A DNA stretch of 64,000 nt, taken from Candidatus Omnitrophota bacterium. Its GTDB lineage: Bacteria > Omnitrophota > Gorgyraeia > 1-14-0-20-64-10. The notes under the pieces are model-generated. The model was given only the letters and a program-made list of their open reading frames with translations, was not told where the DNA came from and did no database searches. Location of the stretch: contig JAHFFE010000007.1 in the NCBI GenBank assembly GCA_023248155.1, positions 4,401-68,400 of the forward strand, written 5' to 3'. Made by a program: the position numbers and the translations under genes. Position 1 is the first letter of the stretch, and each line of letters starts with the position of its first letter. Positions 43,670-53,414 of the stretch are shown one piece after another.

Positions 43670-45096
43670 TGATAACGATCCGCCGATTAGTTCCCGGAAT
43701 AGCGATCCTCTTTTTATTAGCGGGATGCGCAACGGTGTCCGCGAAAACGGATTTTTCCGGAGTGCAGAAAACGGTCGCTTCACGCACGGAAGCGCGCGTG
43801 CATTGGAATCAGGGCGGGCCCGAGGATGCGGCGGTGGCCCAGGCCATTGAATCAACATTGGGAAAAGAACTTACCGTAGAGGCCGCGGTGCAGCTGGCGC
43901 TCTTGAACAACCGGACTCTTCAGGCTACCTTCGAAGAATTAGGGATTGCCCAGGCCGATTTGGTGCAGGCCGGTCTGCTTAAGAATCCTGTCTTTGCAGG
44001 TCATGTCCGGTTTTCCGATCAGTCCGGTCAAGGGACCAACACAGAATTTTCGGTTTCACAGGATTTTATGGAACTTTTCGCGCGGTCCCTGCGGAAAAAA
44101 GTTGCCGCCGCGCAGCTTGAGAGTGTCCAGTTTCGGGTCAGCGATGCCGTGTTGAAATTGTCTGCCGAAGTTCGCTTGGCCTATTACGCTCTGCAAGGAG
44201 CGGAACATTCTCAAAAATCGTTTGAGACCATTGTGCAAGCGGCCCAGGCGGCCGTGGATCTGGCCGAGCGTCAGCACACTGCGGGCAATAGTAACGATTT
44301 GGAATTTGCCGGCGAACAGGCCGCTTTTCAGCAAGCCAATCTGGATCTGATACGAAGCCAGGCCGAATTGCTTTCTGCCCGCGAGAGATTGAATCGTCTG
44401 ATCGGTCTTACGGAAAATCCGTCATGGACCATTTCGGAAATAGTGCCCGCAATGCCTTCCAGGGAACCTTCCGGTGAAACGCTGGAACAACAGGCGCTTT
44501 CTCAGCGGCTGGATTTATTGGCTGCCCGGAACGATGTTCACGCATCGGAGCAAGTAGTGGATCTGGCCCGTCGGGGAGCGTGGCCGGCGGTTAACATCGG
44601 GGTGGATACCGAACGGGATCCGGATGGCACCCGCGTTACCGGCCCATCCTGGGAAGCGGAACTTCCGGTTTTTGATCAGAAGCAAACACCTGTTGCCAGG
44701 GCGCAGGCCCAGCTCCGCCAGAACCAGAACCGGGTTGCCGCTCTGGAAACCCAGATTCGCTCCGAAGTCCGCGCCTCCCTGAACCATGTTCAGGTATCCC
44801 GTCAGCTGATTGACCGGTATCGGGATGAAATGATTCCGCTTCGGGAGAAAATCGTCGCGGAAACTCAGAAACATTACAACTTTATGCTCAAAGGCGCTTT
44901 TCAACTTTTGCAGGCCAAACGCGATGAATTGAACGCCTACCGCGAATATATGAACGCTTTGCAGGATTACTGGCAGGCCCGAACCGATTTGGAGCGGGCC
45001 GTGGGCGGGCGCCTGCCGGTTTCCGAATCGAGCCCCATTCCGATGGCTCACCCGGCGGAACCAAAACAGGAAGCCGCGCACCACCATCATCATTAG
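43669..45096 (+). CDS. TolC/CusC-like outer membrane efflux factor (OMF) with a C-terminal His5 tail
   Basis: Lipoprotein-like N-terminus (LLAGC). The OMF signature LTVEAAVQLALLNNRTLQATFEELGIAQADLVQAGLLKNP and two helical repeats. It ends AAHHHHH-stop. Confidence 0.8.
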   Translation: MITIRRLVPGIAILFLLAGCATVSAKTDFSGVQKTVASRTEARVHWNQGGPEDAAVAQAIESTLGKELTVEAAVQLALLNNRTLQATFEELGIAQADLVQAGLLKNPVFAGHVRFSDQSGQGTNTEFSVSQDFMELFARSLRKKVAAAQLESVQFRVSDAVLKLSAEVRLAYYALQGAEHSQKSFETIVQAAQAAVDLAERQHTAGNSNDLEFAGEQAAFQQANLDLIRSQAELLSARERLNRLIGLTENPSWTISEIVPAMPSREPSGETLEQQALSQRLDLLAARNDVHASEQVVDLARRGAWPAVNIGVDTERDPDGTRVTGPSWEAELPVFDQKQTPVARAQAQLRQNQNRVAALETQIRSEVRASLNHVQVSRQLIDRYRDEMIPLREKIVAETQKHYNFMLKGAFQLLQAKRDELNAYREYMNALQDYWQARTDLERAVGGRLPVSESSPIPMAHPAEPKQEAAHHHHH

Positions 45097-45109
45097 AAGG
45101 GAATTTACG

Positions 45110-46507
45110 ATGGCGAAACTGATACTAAAACTTTGGGCAGTGACATTTTTGATTGCCATGGTAACTGCGCCTGCTATGGCAGATCCGACTGATATTCAGC
45201 CAGAGAAGGCCCAGAATTCATCAGCGTATACTCCCGTGGTCACCCCTAACGGAAGCACCCTTTGTTGGAAGATGGTGGATGGCGTTAAGGAGTTCCACCT
45301 GACTGTTGAGGAGGTTGAATGGGAGGTGGCTCCCGGCATGAAAATTAAGGCCTGGGGCTACAATGGCCAGACTCCCGGACCTACCCTCGAGGCGGTGGAA
45401 GGTGATCGGGTCCGCATTCTTGTGACGAACAAACTTCCTGAACCGACCGCGGTTCATTGGCACGGAGTCCTTCTTCCCAGCGGAATGGACGGCGTGCAGG
45501 GGCTTACTCAAAAACCGATTATGCCGGGTGAAACTTTCGCCTATGAATTCACGCTCAAGCAGCACGGCACCCAGATGTACCATTCCCACGGCGATGAAAT
45601 GGTCCAGATGGGGCTGGGGGCGATGGGGTTCTTTATCATTCATCCCAAAACTGCTCCCACTAAAATTGACCGGGACTACGCGATCTTTTTGAACGAATGG
45701 TTCGTGAAGCCGGGAACCTCCCGGCCCGACCCGAATGTCATGACCGACTTCAACCTCTTCACCTTCAACAGCCGCGCATTCCCCGGAACCGCTCCGCTTT
45801 TGGCAAGGCCGGGCGAGCGGGTTCGTATTCGTGTCGGGAATGTGGGCCAGGAGTTCCATGCGATTCACCTGCACGGGCATAATTTTAAAATGGTTGGCAC
45901 CGAGGGCGGGGATATTCCGGAATCGGCGCAGTATCCGGAAACAACCGTGGCGATCGGGCCGGGCCAGACGCGCGATTTCGAATTTACCGCCGTTCCCGGA
46001 GACTGGGCGTTTCACTGCCATCTGCGGCATCACCCGATGAACGCCATGGCGCATGATATTCCCAATGTGATCGGTGTCAGCCAAGAAGGCGTGGAGGAGA
46101 AAATCCAGGCGCTTCTGCCGGACTACATGGCGATGGGTGAGAGCGGAATGGGCGAACATTCCGAGCATGCCAAGCATATGCAAGGGCCGGCCAATACGCT
46201 TCCGATGATGGGCGGCGAGGGGCCTTTTGGAAATGTCGGTATGGGCGGCATGTTTACGGTGCTTAAAGTTCACGAGGATGTTCCCGATTTTAAAGACGCG
46301 GATGATTACACGAAACAAGTGAAACTGCCCGGCGATTTCGGATGGTACAAAAATCCCGCGGGAACCGTGGCCGAACTTGCTCCCGGATATGAAAACCAGT
46401 TAACAAAGGAGGGAACGATCTATACCTGCCCGATGCACCCGGAAGTCAGACAGGATAAACCCGGTGCTTGCCCCAAATGCGGCATGACTTTAGAAAAGGA
46501 GAAATAA
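45110..46507 (+). CDS. Multicopper oxidase (CopA/CueO-like) with a Met/His-rich segment and a C-terminal CPMHPE...CPKCGM metal-binding module
   Basis: Copper-site motifs HWHG, HSHGDEM and HCHLRHHPMNAMAH. Met-rich stretch MGESGMGEHSEHAKHMQGPANTLPMMGG. C-terminal [22 protein letters not shown]. Confidence 0.85.
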   Translation: MAKLILKLWAVTFLIAMVTAPAMADPTDIQPEKAQNSSAYTPVVTPNGSTLCWKMVDGVKEFHLTVEEVEWEVAPGMKIKAWGYNGQTPGPTLEAVEGDRVRILVTNKLPEPTAVHWHGVLLPSGMDGVQGLTQKPIMPGETFAYEFTLKQHGTQMYHSHGDEMVQMGLGAMGFFIIHPKTAPTKIDRDYAIFLNEWFVKPGTSRPDPNVMTDFNLFTFNSRAFPGTAPLLARPGERVRIRVGNVGQEFHAIHLHGHNFKMVGTEGGDIPESAQYPETTVAIGPGQTRDFEFTAVPGDWAFHCHLRHHPMNAMAHDIPNVIGVSQEGVEEKIQALLPDYMAMGESGMGEHSEHAKHMQGPANTLPMMGGEGPFGNVGMGGMFTVLKVHEDVPDFKDADDYTKQVKLPGDFGWYKNPAGTVAELAPGYENQLTKEGTIYTCPMHPEVRQDKPGACPKCGMTLEKEK

Positions 46508-46508
46508 A

Positions 46509-46907
46509 ATGCGCAACATAGTAATGGCCGGAATGGCGGCGGCGTTTTTGATGATGTTGGGTTTCTCGAATTTACCGGCGGCTGTGGCGCACGATGCCAA
46601 TATGCCGGGGATGGAGAACGGAAGGGATGTGGCTATTAAAGGGGAACTGGTGGATTCTCTCTGCTATGTGGCGATGGCCGGAAAAGGTTCGGGCCATAAA
46701 CAGTGCGCGATGGATTGCGCGAAAGCCGGAATTCCCGTCAGTATCGTTGAAGAGGGCACCGGTAAGTTGTATACGGTTCTTCCTAAAGAGGACAAGACAG
46801 GGTATCCTGCCAGCGTTATCAGCAAAATGGGCCAACAAGTAACGTTGAAGGGTGATCTTTACGAGACCGGCGGCAATAAGTATGTGACCGTCGAATCGGT
46901 GGAATAA
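46509..46907 (+). CDS. Periplasmic Cys/His/Met-containing protein, putative metal-binding
   Basis: A signal peptide, the motif CYVAMAGKGSGHKQCAMDCAKAG, and location inside the copper operon. Confidence 0.4.
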   Translation: MRNIVMAGMAAAFLMMLGFSNLPAAVAHDANMPGMENGRDVAIKGELVDSLCYVAMAGKGSGHKQCAMDCAKAGIPVSIVEEGTGKLYTVLPKEDKTGYPASVISKMGQQVTLKGDLYETGGNKYVTVESVE

Positions 46908-46912
46908 AGCCG

Positions 46913-47386
46913 ATGCTGTCCGGAGCGCGGCACCTGCAGAATATTCATCCGCTCATCGTTCACTTTCCGATAGCGTTTTTGATCGCTGCCGCGCTCTTTT
47001 ATTTTATGGCGTGGGTTTTTAATAAGGATGATTTTGCCAGAACAGGATTCCGGGTGCTTTTGCTCGGGGCCCTGTCTTTGGCGGTCGCCGTCTGGACAGG
47101 GCTTCGTGCCGAAGACGGAGTCATGGTGGCACTGGATGTGAGGCAGAAGCTTCTTTTGCCCCACGAGCAATTCATGATTGCCACGGCGGTTTTGTGCGCT
47201 ATCGTTACGCTGTGGGCGATTGTCGGAAGGCCTTTTCCGAAAAAAGGAAGAGTCCTGTTTTTAGCGCTGCTTCTCGCGATGGTCATTACGATGACGATCG
47301 GCGCTGATTTTGGCGGGCAGCTTGTTTACGATTACAATGCCGGCGGTAGCTTGCCGCAGCCGATTCACTTTAAAATAGTTCAATGA
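46913..47386 (+). CDS. Small integral membrane protein (DUF2231-like, [10 protein letters not shown] motif)
   Basis: About four predicted TM helices and a conserved [13 protein letters not shown]-terminal helix. It lies between the periplasmic protein and the ATPase. Confidence 0.5.
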   Translation: MLSGARHLQNIHPLIVHFPIAFLIAAALFYFMAWVFNKDDFARTGFRVLLLGALSLAVAVWTGLRAEDGVMVALDVRQKLLLPHEQFMIATAVLCAIVTLWAIVGRPFPKKGRVLFLALLLAMVITMTIGADFGGQLVYDYNAGGSLPQPIHFKIVQ

Positions 47387-49494
47387 AATACACCTGTCCG
47401 ATGCATCCGGAAATTATTTTAGATCAACCCGGTTCTTGCCCGAAATGCGGGATGTTTTTGGAGCTTAAAGACGCCGCGGGTTCTCCCGAAGACCTCGAAT
47501 ACAGACAGATGTCGCGCCGGTTCTGGGCGAGCCTCATACTGTCCGTTCCGATTATTTTACTCGCGATCCCAGAATTGATTCCGGGCAATCCTTTGGAAAA
47601 AATTGTTTCCATGCGCGTTATCAACTGGATTGAATTTGCTTTCGCTACGCCGGTGGTGCTCTGGGGCGGGGGGTGGTTTTTTGAGCGCGGGGTTTTATCC
47701 GTTGCGCGGCGAAGCCTTAACATGTTTACGCTGATTGCCTTGGGCGTAGGAGCGGCTTATGGGTACAGCGTGATCGCGCTGGTTTTCCCTTCCGTATTTC
47801 CGAGCGCTTTCCAAAGTCACGGCGGTGAAGTCCCGGTTTATTTCGAAGCCGCGGCAGCGATCACGGTGCTGGTTATTTTGGGTCAGCTCCTGGAGCTCAG
47901 GGCGCGCCGCCAGACCAGTGACGCCATCAAGGCGCTTCTTAATCTTGCGCCAAAGACGGCAAGGGTGATTCGGGATAACAACAACGAAGAAGATATCCCA
48001 TTGGAACAGGTAGCGGTGGGAGATAGGCTTCGCGTGCGTCCCGGCGAAAGTATTCCCACGGACGGCGTGGTTCTGGAAGGATCCAGCTCTGTGGATGAGT
48101 CGATGGTGACCGGGGAACCCATTCCCGTGGAAAAAGTCGCGGGGTCTAAAGTCGTGGGAGGGACGGTCAGCGGCACCGGCAGTTTTATTATGCGCGCCGA
48201 GCGCGTGGGAGCCGACACGCTCCTTTCTAAAATCGTTCATATGGTGAGCGAGGCGCAAAGAAGCCGCGCCCCCATTCAGCGCCTTGTCGACAGTGTCTCA
48301 GCCTATTTTGTGCCGGCGGTTATTCTTGCGGCGATTTCGACCTCTGTTATTTGGGGATTTTTCGGACCTGAACCGCGAATGGCTTATGCGATCGTGAATG
48401 CCGTCGCCGTGTTGATCATCGCTTGCCCGTGCGCTTTGGGACTGGCCACGCCCATGTCCATTATGGTCGGTGTCGGCCGCGGCGCGACGATGGGCATTCT
48501 GATCAAGAACGCCGAAGCCCTTGAGACTTTCCGGAAAGTCGACACGCTTATTTTCGACAAAACAGGCACGCTCACGGAAGGCAAGCCCAGACTTGTTTCC
48601 ATTCTGCCCGAAGCAGGAGTAAGCGAAGAAGAATTTCTGCATCTCGCGGCCAGCCTTGAACGGGGGAGTGAACACCCGCTGGCGCAGGCGATCGTGAAGG
48701 GAGCCGAATCCAAAAATGTCCGGTTCGTCGAAACCAAAGCTTTTAAATCAGTGACGGGTAAAGGCGTGGCGGGAACCGTCGACGGAAAAAATATCGTTCT
48801 TGGAAATCAGGAATGGATCGAAGAGCTGGGCATTTCATCGGCGCGGTTGATACCCAAGGCCGACGAATTGCGGAAGGACGGACAGACCGTCATGTTTTTA
48901 GCGGATAAGGGCCGTCTGCTTGGAATTCTCGGCGTTTCAGATTCCATCAAGGCTTCTACTCCCGAAGCGATCCGGATGCTGCATAACGAGGGACTGCGTT
49001 TAATCATGGTCACCGGAGACAATCAAGTGACTGCCGATGCGGTAGCGCGCAAGCTCGGCATTGATGAGGTGCGGGCCGGAATATTGCCCGAGAAAAAAGG
49101 AGAAATTATCAGGGAACTCCAGGCCAAAGGGCATTTGGTTGCCATGGCTGGTGACGGTGTCAATGATGCCCCCGCGCTGGCGCAGGCAAATGTGGGCATC
49201 GCGATGGGCAGCGGAACGGATGTCGCCATCGAAAGCGCGGGCGTGACGCTGGTGAAAGGAGATCTGCGGGGCATCGCCAAGGCAAGGAAATTAAGCCGTG
49301 CGACCATGCGCAATATCCGCGAAAACCTCTTTTTCGCTTTCGTTTATAATATTCTCGGAGTTCCCGTCTCGGCCGGGATTCTCTATCCATTTTTCGGCAT
49401 CCTGCTTTCTCCGGTCATCGCGAGCACGGCGATGAGTTTTAGTTCGGTATCGGTCATCGTGAACGCTTTACGATTGCGCAGGGTTTCGCTTTAG
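47383..49494 (+). CDS. copA: Copper-translocating P1B-type ATPase with an N-terminal CPMHPE...CPKCGM metal-binding module
   Basis: [24 protein letters not shown], the CPC motif ([11 protein letters not shown]), [15 protein letters not shown], and 8 TM segments. Confidence 0.9.
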   Translation: MKYTCPMHPEIILDQPGSCPKCGMFLELKDAAGSPEDLEYRQMSRRFWASLILSVPIILLAIPELIPGNPLEKIVSMRVINWIEFAFATPVVLWGGGWFFERGVLSVARRSLNMFTLIALGVGAAYGYSVIALVFPSVFPSAFQSHGGEVPVYFEAAAAITVLVILGQLLELRARRQTSDAIKALLNLAPKTARVIRDNNNEEDIPLEQVAVGDRLRVRPGESIPTDGVVLEGSSSVDESMVTGEPIPVEKVAGSKVVGGTVSGTGSFIMRAERVGADTLLSKIVHMVSEAQRSRAPIQRLVDSVSAYFVPAVILAAISTSVIWGFFGPEPRMAYAIVNAVAVLIIACPCALGLATPMSIMVGVGRGATMGILIKNAEALETFRKVDTLIFDKTGTLTEGKPRLVSILPEAGVSEEEFLHLAASLERGSEHPLAQAIVKGAESKNVRFVETKAFKSVTGKGVAGTVDGKNIVLGNQEWIEELGISSARLIPKADELRKDGQTVMFLADKGRLLGILGVSDSIKASTPEAIRMLHNEGLRLIMVTGDNQVTADAVARKLGIDEVRAGILPEKKGEIIRELQAKGHLVAMAGDGVNDAPALAQANVGIAMGSGTDVAIESAGVTLVKGDLRGIAKARKLSRATMRNIRENLFFAFVYNILGVPVSAGILYPFFGILLSPVIASTAMSFSSVSVIVNALRLRRVSL

Positions 49495-49497
49495 CCT

Positions 49498-50364
49498 ATG
49501 TCCGAACATTCACACGATCCGTTGACAACAAGGGCCGCCTCGCCGCTGGCGGGCGCGTTGATCATTACGGCCACGGTCATGGTGTTGGAAATCATTGCCG
49601 GCCTTCTTTCGAACAGCCTGGCTCTTTTAGCGGATGCCGGGCATATGGCCACCGATGCTGCGGCGCTCGGAATGAGTTTGTTCGCCTGCTGGATTGCCCG
49701 TCAGCCGGCAACCCGGACCAAAACCTATGGGTTCTACCGGACCGAGATTTTAGCGGCGCTCTTGAATGGGCTGACCCTCTGGCTGGTTGTGGCATGGATC
49801 ATCTATCACGCTGTTCAGCGGTTCGTTCATCCTCCCGTTGTTCGCGCCCCGATGATGCTGGTAACGGCTGTCATTGGTCTGGCGGCGAACCTGGGGTGCG
49901 CCTGGCTGTTGAGGCCCTCTCAGGCGCAAAGTCTCAATATGCGCAGCGCTTATCTGCATGTCTTATCGGATGCGCTGGGTTCTGTCAGCGTCATCGCGGC
50001 CGCGGTGGTTATCCAAATGACTGGCTGGTCCCTGGCAGATCCCTTGGCGAGTCTTCTCGTTTGCGGCCTTATTCTCTGGAGTTCATGGAAGTTGATTTCT
50101 CAGTCGGTCAATATTTTACTGGAAGGGACGCCGCCCCATATCGATGCCATGGAAGTGACGCGGGCCATGCAAGCCGTTGCAGGGGTGCGATCGGTTCACG
50201 ATGTTCATATCTGGACGATTACTTCGGGGATGGAGGCGATGAGCGCCCATGTGGTGGTTGATAATTCGAACGACAGCCGGGGATTGTTGGATCGCCTGAA
50301 TACGCTTCTGTGTGACCGGTTCAAGATCCATCACACGACCATTCAGTTGGAAGAAGCTCTGTGA
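49498..50364 (+). CDS. Cation diffusion facilitator (CzcD-type) metal efflux transporter
   Basis: His-rich N-terminus (SEHSHD), the CDF signature LLSNSLALLADAGHMATD, six TM segments and a C-terminal cytoplasmic domain. Confidence 0.85.
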   Translation: MSEHSHDPLTTRAASPLAGALIITATVMVLEIIAGLLSNSLALLADAGHMATDAAALGMSLFACWIARQPATRTKTYGFYRTEILAALLNGLTLWLVVAWIIYHAVQRFVHPPVVRAPMMLVTAVIGLAANLGCAWLLRPSQAQSLNMRSAYLHVLSDALGSVSVIAAAVVIQMTGWSLADPLASLLVCGLILWSSWKLISQSVNILLEGTPPHIDAMEVTRAMQAVAGVRSVHDVHIWTITSGMEAMSAHVVVDNSNDSRGLLDRLNTLLCDRFKIHHTTIQLEEAL

Positions 50365-50394
50365 TACGATAATCCAAACTCAGGGAGGTTGTTG

Positions 50395-50580
50395 ATGCCG
50401 ATTATTACCGTAGATCTATTTGAGGGCCGCTCGCGCGAACAAAAAGAAGCGTTCGCGAAAAAAGTGACCGATGCCGCCGTGGAGTTGCTCAAAGCACCGG
50501 CCGATCATACCTGGGTTGTTTACAACGACCATGCCAAGTCCGACTGGGCGATGGGCGGAAAACTGTGCGACGGGAGATAA
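50395..50580 (+). CDS. 4-oxalocrotonate tautomerase family protein
   Basis: A 61-aa ORF starting MPIITVDLFEGRSREQKEAFAKKVTDA, with Pro-1 after Met. A GGGAGG SD lies ~8 nt upstream. Confidence 0.7.
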   Translation: MPIITVDLFEGRSREQKEAFAKKVTDAAVELLKAPADHTWVVYNDHAKSDWAMGGKLCDGR

Positions 50581-50584
50581 TGCC

Positions 50585-51310
50585 ATGGCTGACCTGAACC
50601 TGATCGCGGCGTTTGGCGCCGGATTTTTGTCGTTTCTTTCACCCTGTGTTCTGCCGTTGATTCCCGGGTATATCTCGTTTATCTCGGGTCTTTCTTTGGG
50701 TGATTTACAGGGATCGGATGAGGGGGGTGCTGTGGTGCGGCGCGCGTTTCTCAGCAGTCTCTGGTTCGTCTTCGGTTTCTCAGCCGTTTTTGTAGCATTG
50801 GGTGCTTCGGCCACAGCCGTCGGCGTCTTATTGCTGGAGCGGCTTGATCTGTTCCGGTGGATTGCCGGTGCTTTGATTATTCTGTTCGGCATCCATTTAA
50901 CCGGCATCATCCGGATTCCGTTCCTGCAGTACGAGAAGAAAATTGATGTTCGCCAGCGCCCGCTTTCTGCGGTCGGCGCGTTTTTAGTCGGCGCGGCTTT
51001 CGCGTTTGGCTGGACGCCCTGTATCGGCCCGATTTTGGCCGGCATTCTGGGGTTGGCCGCTACGCAGGAAACGGTCGGCAAGGGGATGCTGCTGCTGCTG
51101 GTCTATTCGGCCGGATTAGGCATTCCGTTTTTGCTTACCAGTTTGGGTGTGGCGCAGTTTATGAAATGGTTTGCCCGGTTTCGCCGTTATCTGCGCATCG
51201 TCGAAATTTTCAGCGGTGTTTTGCTGATTGTGATCGGACTCTTTATCGTCACAGACCGTTTGAGCTGGCTGGCCCGCTATTTGACCATGCTCGATGGTTT
51301 CTCAAAATAA
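50585..51310 (+). CDS. ccdA: Cytochrome c-type biogenesis/thiol-disulfide electron transporter CcdA (DsbD family)
   Basis: MADLNLIAAFGAGFLSFLSPCVLPLIPGYISF with the first conserved Cys, a second Cys in GWTPCIGPIL, and six TM segments. Confidence 0.8.
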   Translation: MADLNLIAAFGAGFLSFLSPCVLPLIPGYISFISGLSLGDLQGSDEGGAVVRRAFLSSLWFVFGFSAVFVALGASATAVGVLLLERLDLFRWIAGALIILFGIHLTGIIRIPFLQYEKKIDVRQRPLSAVGAFLVGAAFAFGWTPCIGPILAGILGLAATQETVGKGMLLLLVYSAGLGIPFLLTSLGVAQFMKWFARFRRYLRIVEIFSGVLLIVIGLFIVTDRLSWLARYLTMLDGFSK

Positions 51311-51326
51311 TTGAGGAGATTTTAAA

Positions 51327-51884
51327 ATGAAAAAGATGGCCTTATTGCTTTTAATCGCCGGTTTTGTCGCAGCCGGCTGCCAGCAATCGAATCAAACGGC
51401 TCCGGAGAAGAAAGAGTCTTCTTCCGCTCAGCCACAGCCGAGCCTCACCAGCGGATCTTTCGTGAACCGGATGCCTGCCGCCCAGTTCCAGTTAACCGAC
51501 ATCGCCGGAAAGCCGGTCTCGCTTTCAGCGTTGAAAGGGAAGGTGGTCATCCTTGATTTCTGGGCGACCTGGTGTCCGCCGTGCCGGCAGGAGATCCCCC
51601 ATTTCAAGGAATTGTACGCGCAGTACAAAGAGCGTGGCCTGGAAATCGTCGGATTATCGGTCGATGACAGCAGCGCCGAAGTCGTTTCGTTCGTGAAAGA
51701 AAATAAAATCGGATATCCGGTCGCGATGGCCGACGGCGCGCTCCAAAAAGCATATGGGGGTATTCGCGGAATTCCAACCACATTTATGCTCGACAAAAGG
51801 GGCGCCATTGCCAAGAAATATGTCGGTTATCAGGATAAATCGGTCTTCGAAAGCGACATCGTCGCGTTGTTAAACGAGGCGTAG
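51327..51884 (+). CDS. TlpA/ResA-family periplasmic thiol:disulfide oxidoreductase lipoprotein
   Basis: Lipobox LLIAGFVAAGC and the thioredoxin motif WATWCPPC. Confidence 0.85.
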   Translation: MKKMALLLLIAGFVAAGCQQSNQTAPEKKESSSAQPQPSLTSGSFVNRMPAAQFQLTDIAGKPVSLSALKGKVVILDFWATWCPPCRQEIPHFKELYAQYKERGLEIVGLSVDDSSAEVVSFVKENKIGYPVAMADGALQKAYGGIRGIPTTFMLDKRGAIAKKYVGYQDKSVFESDIVALLNEA

Positions 51885-51896
51885 GCCTGGTATAAT
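51867..51896 (+). promoter_or_regulatory. Putative promoter of the gcv operon with an extended -10
   Basis: TTGTTA, an 18-nt spacer, then TGgTATAAT (-10 at 51891..51896). The gcvT ATG at 51905 is only ~9 nt downstream, so the transcript would be leaderless or near-leaderless. There is no room for a glycine riboswitch. Confidence 0.45.
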
Positions 51897-51904
51897 ACCA
51901 ATTT

Positions 51905-53023
51905 ATGTCGTCCTCGCATTCCGTTCTGCCTTCCGAATCGTTGAAGCGGACCGTGCTGTATTCGCGGCACGTTCAGCTGGGCGCCCGCATCGGTCCGTTT
52001 GCCGGCTGGGAGCTTCCGCTTTACTATAGTTCCATTTTGCAGGAACATCAGGCTGTTCGCACCGCGGTCGGATTGTTTGACGTTTCCCATCTGGGCCATC
52101 TGGAACTGCACGGGCCCGGAACAGCCTCGCAGCTGCAGCTGTTGTTCACGCAGGACTTGGCTGGTATGCAAATCGGCAGCGCCGTTTACAGTCCGATGCT
52201 TAATCCTCAGGGCTGGATCATCGATGAGATGATCATCTACCGCCTCGGGCAGGAACGGTTCCGCCTGGTGGTGAATGCGGCCAACGGCGGCAAGGTGATC
52301 CACTGGCTGAAAGCGCACCTTTCAAAAAATGTCCGTATTGACGATCTGCGCGAAAAATATGGAACGCTGGCCGTTCAGGGGCCGCGCGCCGTCGAACTGT
52401 TCAGCAAGATTTCATCGATGGATTTTGCCGGCGTGCCGCGCTACCGGATTGTTTCGGCAATCATGGCGGAGCGTTCCGTTTGGGTGGCGCGCACCGGATA
52501 CACCGGAGAAGACGGCGGGGAACTGTTTGCCTCATCAGCCGATCTGCCTTATTTGTGGGACGCGCTGCTGGAAGCCGGCAAGCCGATGGGCATTCAACCG
52601 GTTGGTCTGGGCGCGCGCGACACTTTGCGGCTCGAGGCCGGGCTTCCGCTGGGCGGCATTGATCTCGATGAACAGACCACACCGTTGGAAGCCGGACTGG
52701 ACTGGACTATTTTCTGGCGCAAAGGGCCGTTCATGGGCCGTGAAGCGCTGGAAAAACAGCAGCGCAACGGGTTGCATCGCCGGCTGGCCGGTTTTCAGAT
52801 GGACGGCGCCGGGATCCCGCGTTTGGGGTACCCGATTTATTCGGGAGAAGACAAAGTCGGCCTGGTGACCAGCGGAACGATGCTGGCCGACGGGCGGGGA
52901 ATCGGAATGGGGTATCTGCCGCCGTTATTGGGGAAACCGGGTACACCGGTTAAGATTGGAATTCATCAGCGCGCCGTTGATGCGCATGTCGTACAACTGC
53001 CATTTTACCGGAGAAAAAAATAA
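51905..53023 (+). CDS. gcvT: Glycine cleavage system T protein (aminomethyltransferase)
   Basis: LYSRHVQLGARIGPFAGWELPLYY...VGLFDVSHLG is the canonical GcvT N-terminus. It is followed by gcvH and gcvP. Confidence 0.9.
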   Translation: MSSSHSVLPSESLKRTVLYSRHVQLGARIGPFAGWELPLYYSSILQEHQAVRTAVGLFDVSHLGHLELHGPGTASQLQLLFTQDLAGMQIGSAVYSPMLNPQGWIIDEMIIYRLGQERFRLVVNAANGGKVIHWLKAHLSKNVRIDDLREKYGTLAVQGPRAVELFSKISSMDFAGVPRYRIVSAIMAERSVWVARTGYTGEDGGELFASSADLPYLWDALLEAGKPMGIQPVGLGARDTLRLEAGLPLGGIDLDEQTTPLEAGLDWTIFWRKGPFMGREALEKQQRNGLHRRLAGFQMDGAGIPRLGYPIYSGEDKVGLVTSGTMLADGRGIGMGYLPPLLGKPGTPVKIGIHQRAVDAHVVQLPFYRRKK

Positions 53024-53025
53024 CC

Positions 53026-53412
53026 ATGGATTTGAACGGATTGAAATATACGAAAACCCACGAATGGCTGCGCGTCGAGGGTCAGCTGGGCATCGTCGGT
53101 ATTACACAGCATGCGCAGGAAGAAATTTCCGACGTGGTTTTTGTCGAGCTTCCGAAGGTCGGCAAAATGGTCAGCCAGGGCGAAGAAACCGCCGTGGTCG
53201 AATCGGTCAAGGCCGCATTCTCGATCTACGCGCCGATCTCCGGAACGATCACCACGGTCAATGAATCGCTTTCCAAAGATCCCGGGCTGATCAACCGTTC
53301 TCCGCTCGAACAGGGTTGGATTTATAAAATAGAATTGCGCGATCCTGCCGAAGCCAAGGCATTAATGGATGCGCCCGCTTACGAAGCCTGGGCCAAGGGG
53401 AATAAACACTAA
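53026..53412 (+). CDS. gcvH: Glycine cleavage system H protein (lipoyl carrier)
   Basis: YTKTHEWLRVEG...ESVKA carries the lipoyl-lysine motif. Confidence 0.9.
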   Translation: MDLNGLKYTKTHEWLRVEGQLGIVGITQHAQEEISDVVFVELPKVGKMVSQGEETAVVESVKAAFSIYAPISGTITTVNESLSKDPGLINRSPLEQGWIYKIELRDPAEAKALMDAPAYEAWAKGNKH

Positions 53413-53414
53413 AG

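Noticed and set aside
45079-45096. His-tag cloning artefact or vector contamination
   Set aside because: There are only five His with mixed codons, no flanking vector-like sequence, and a native metal-resistance context.
45221-46318. A 365-aa minus-strand ORF opposite the multicopper oxidase
   Set aside because: The plus-strand frame carries unambiguous copper-site motifs. The antisense frame has no SD and no recognisable domain.
50416-51081. A 221-aa minus-strand ORF opposite the tautomerase and ccdA
   Set aside because: It is antisense to two well-supported genes and its composition is typical of spurious frames.
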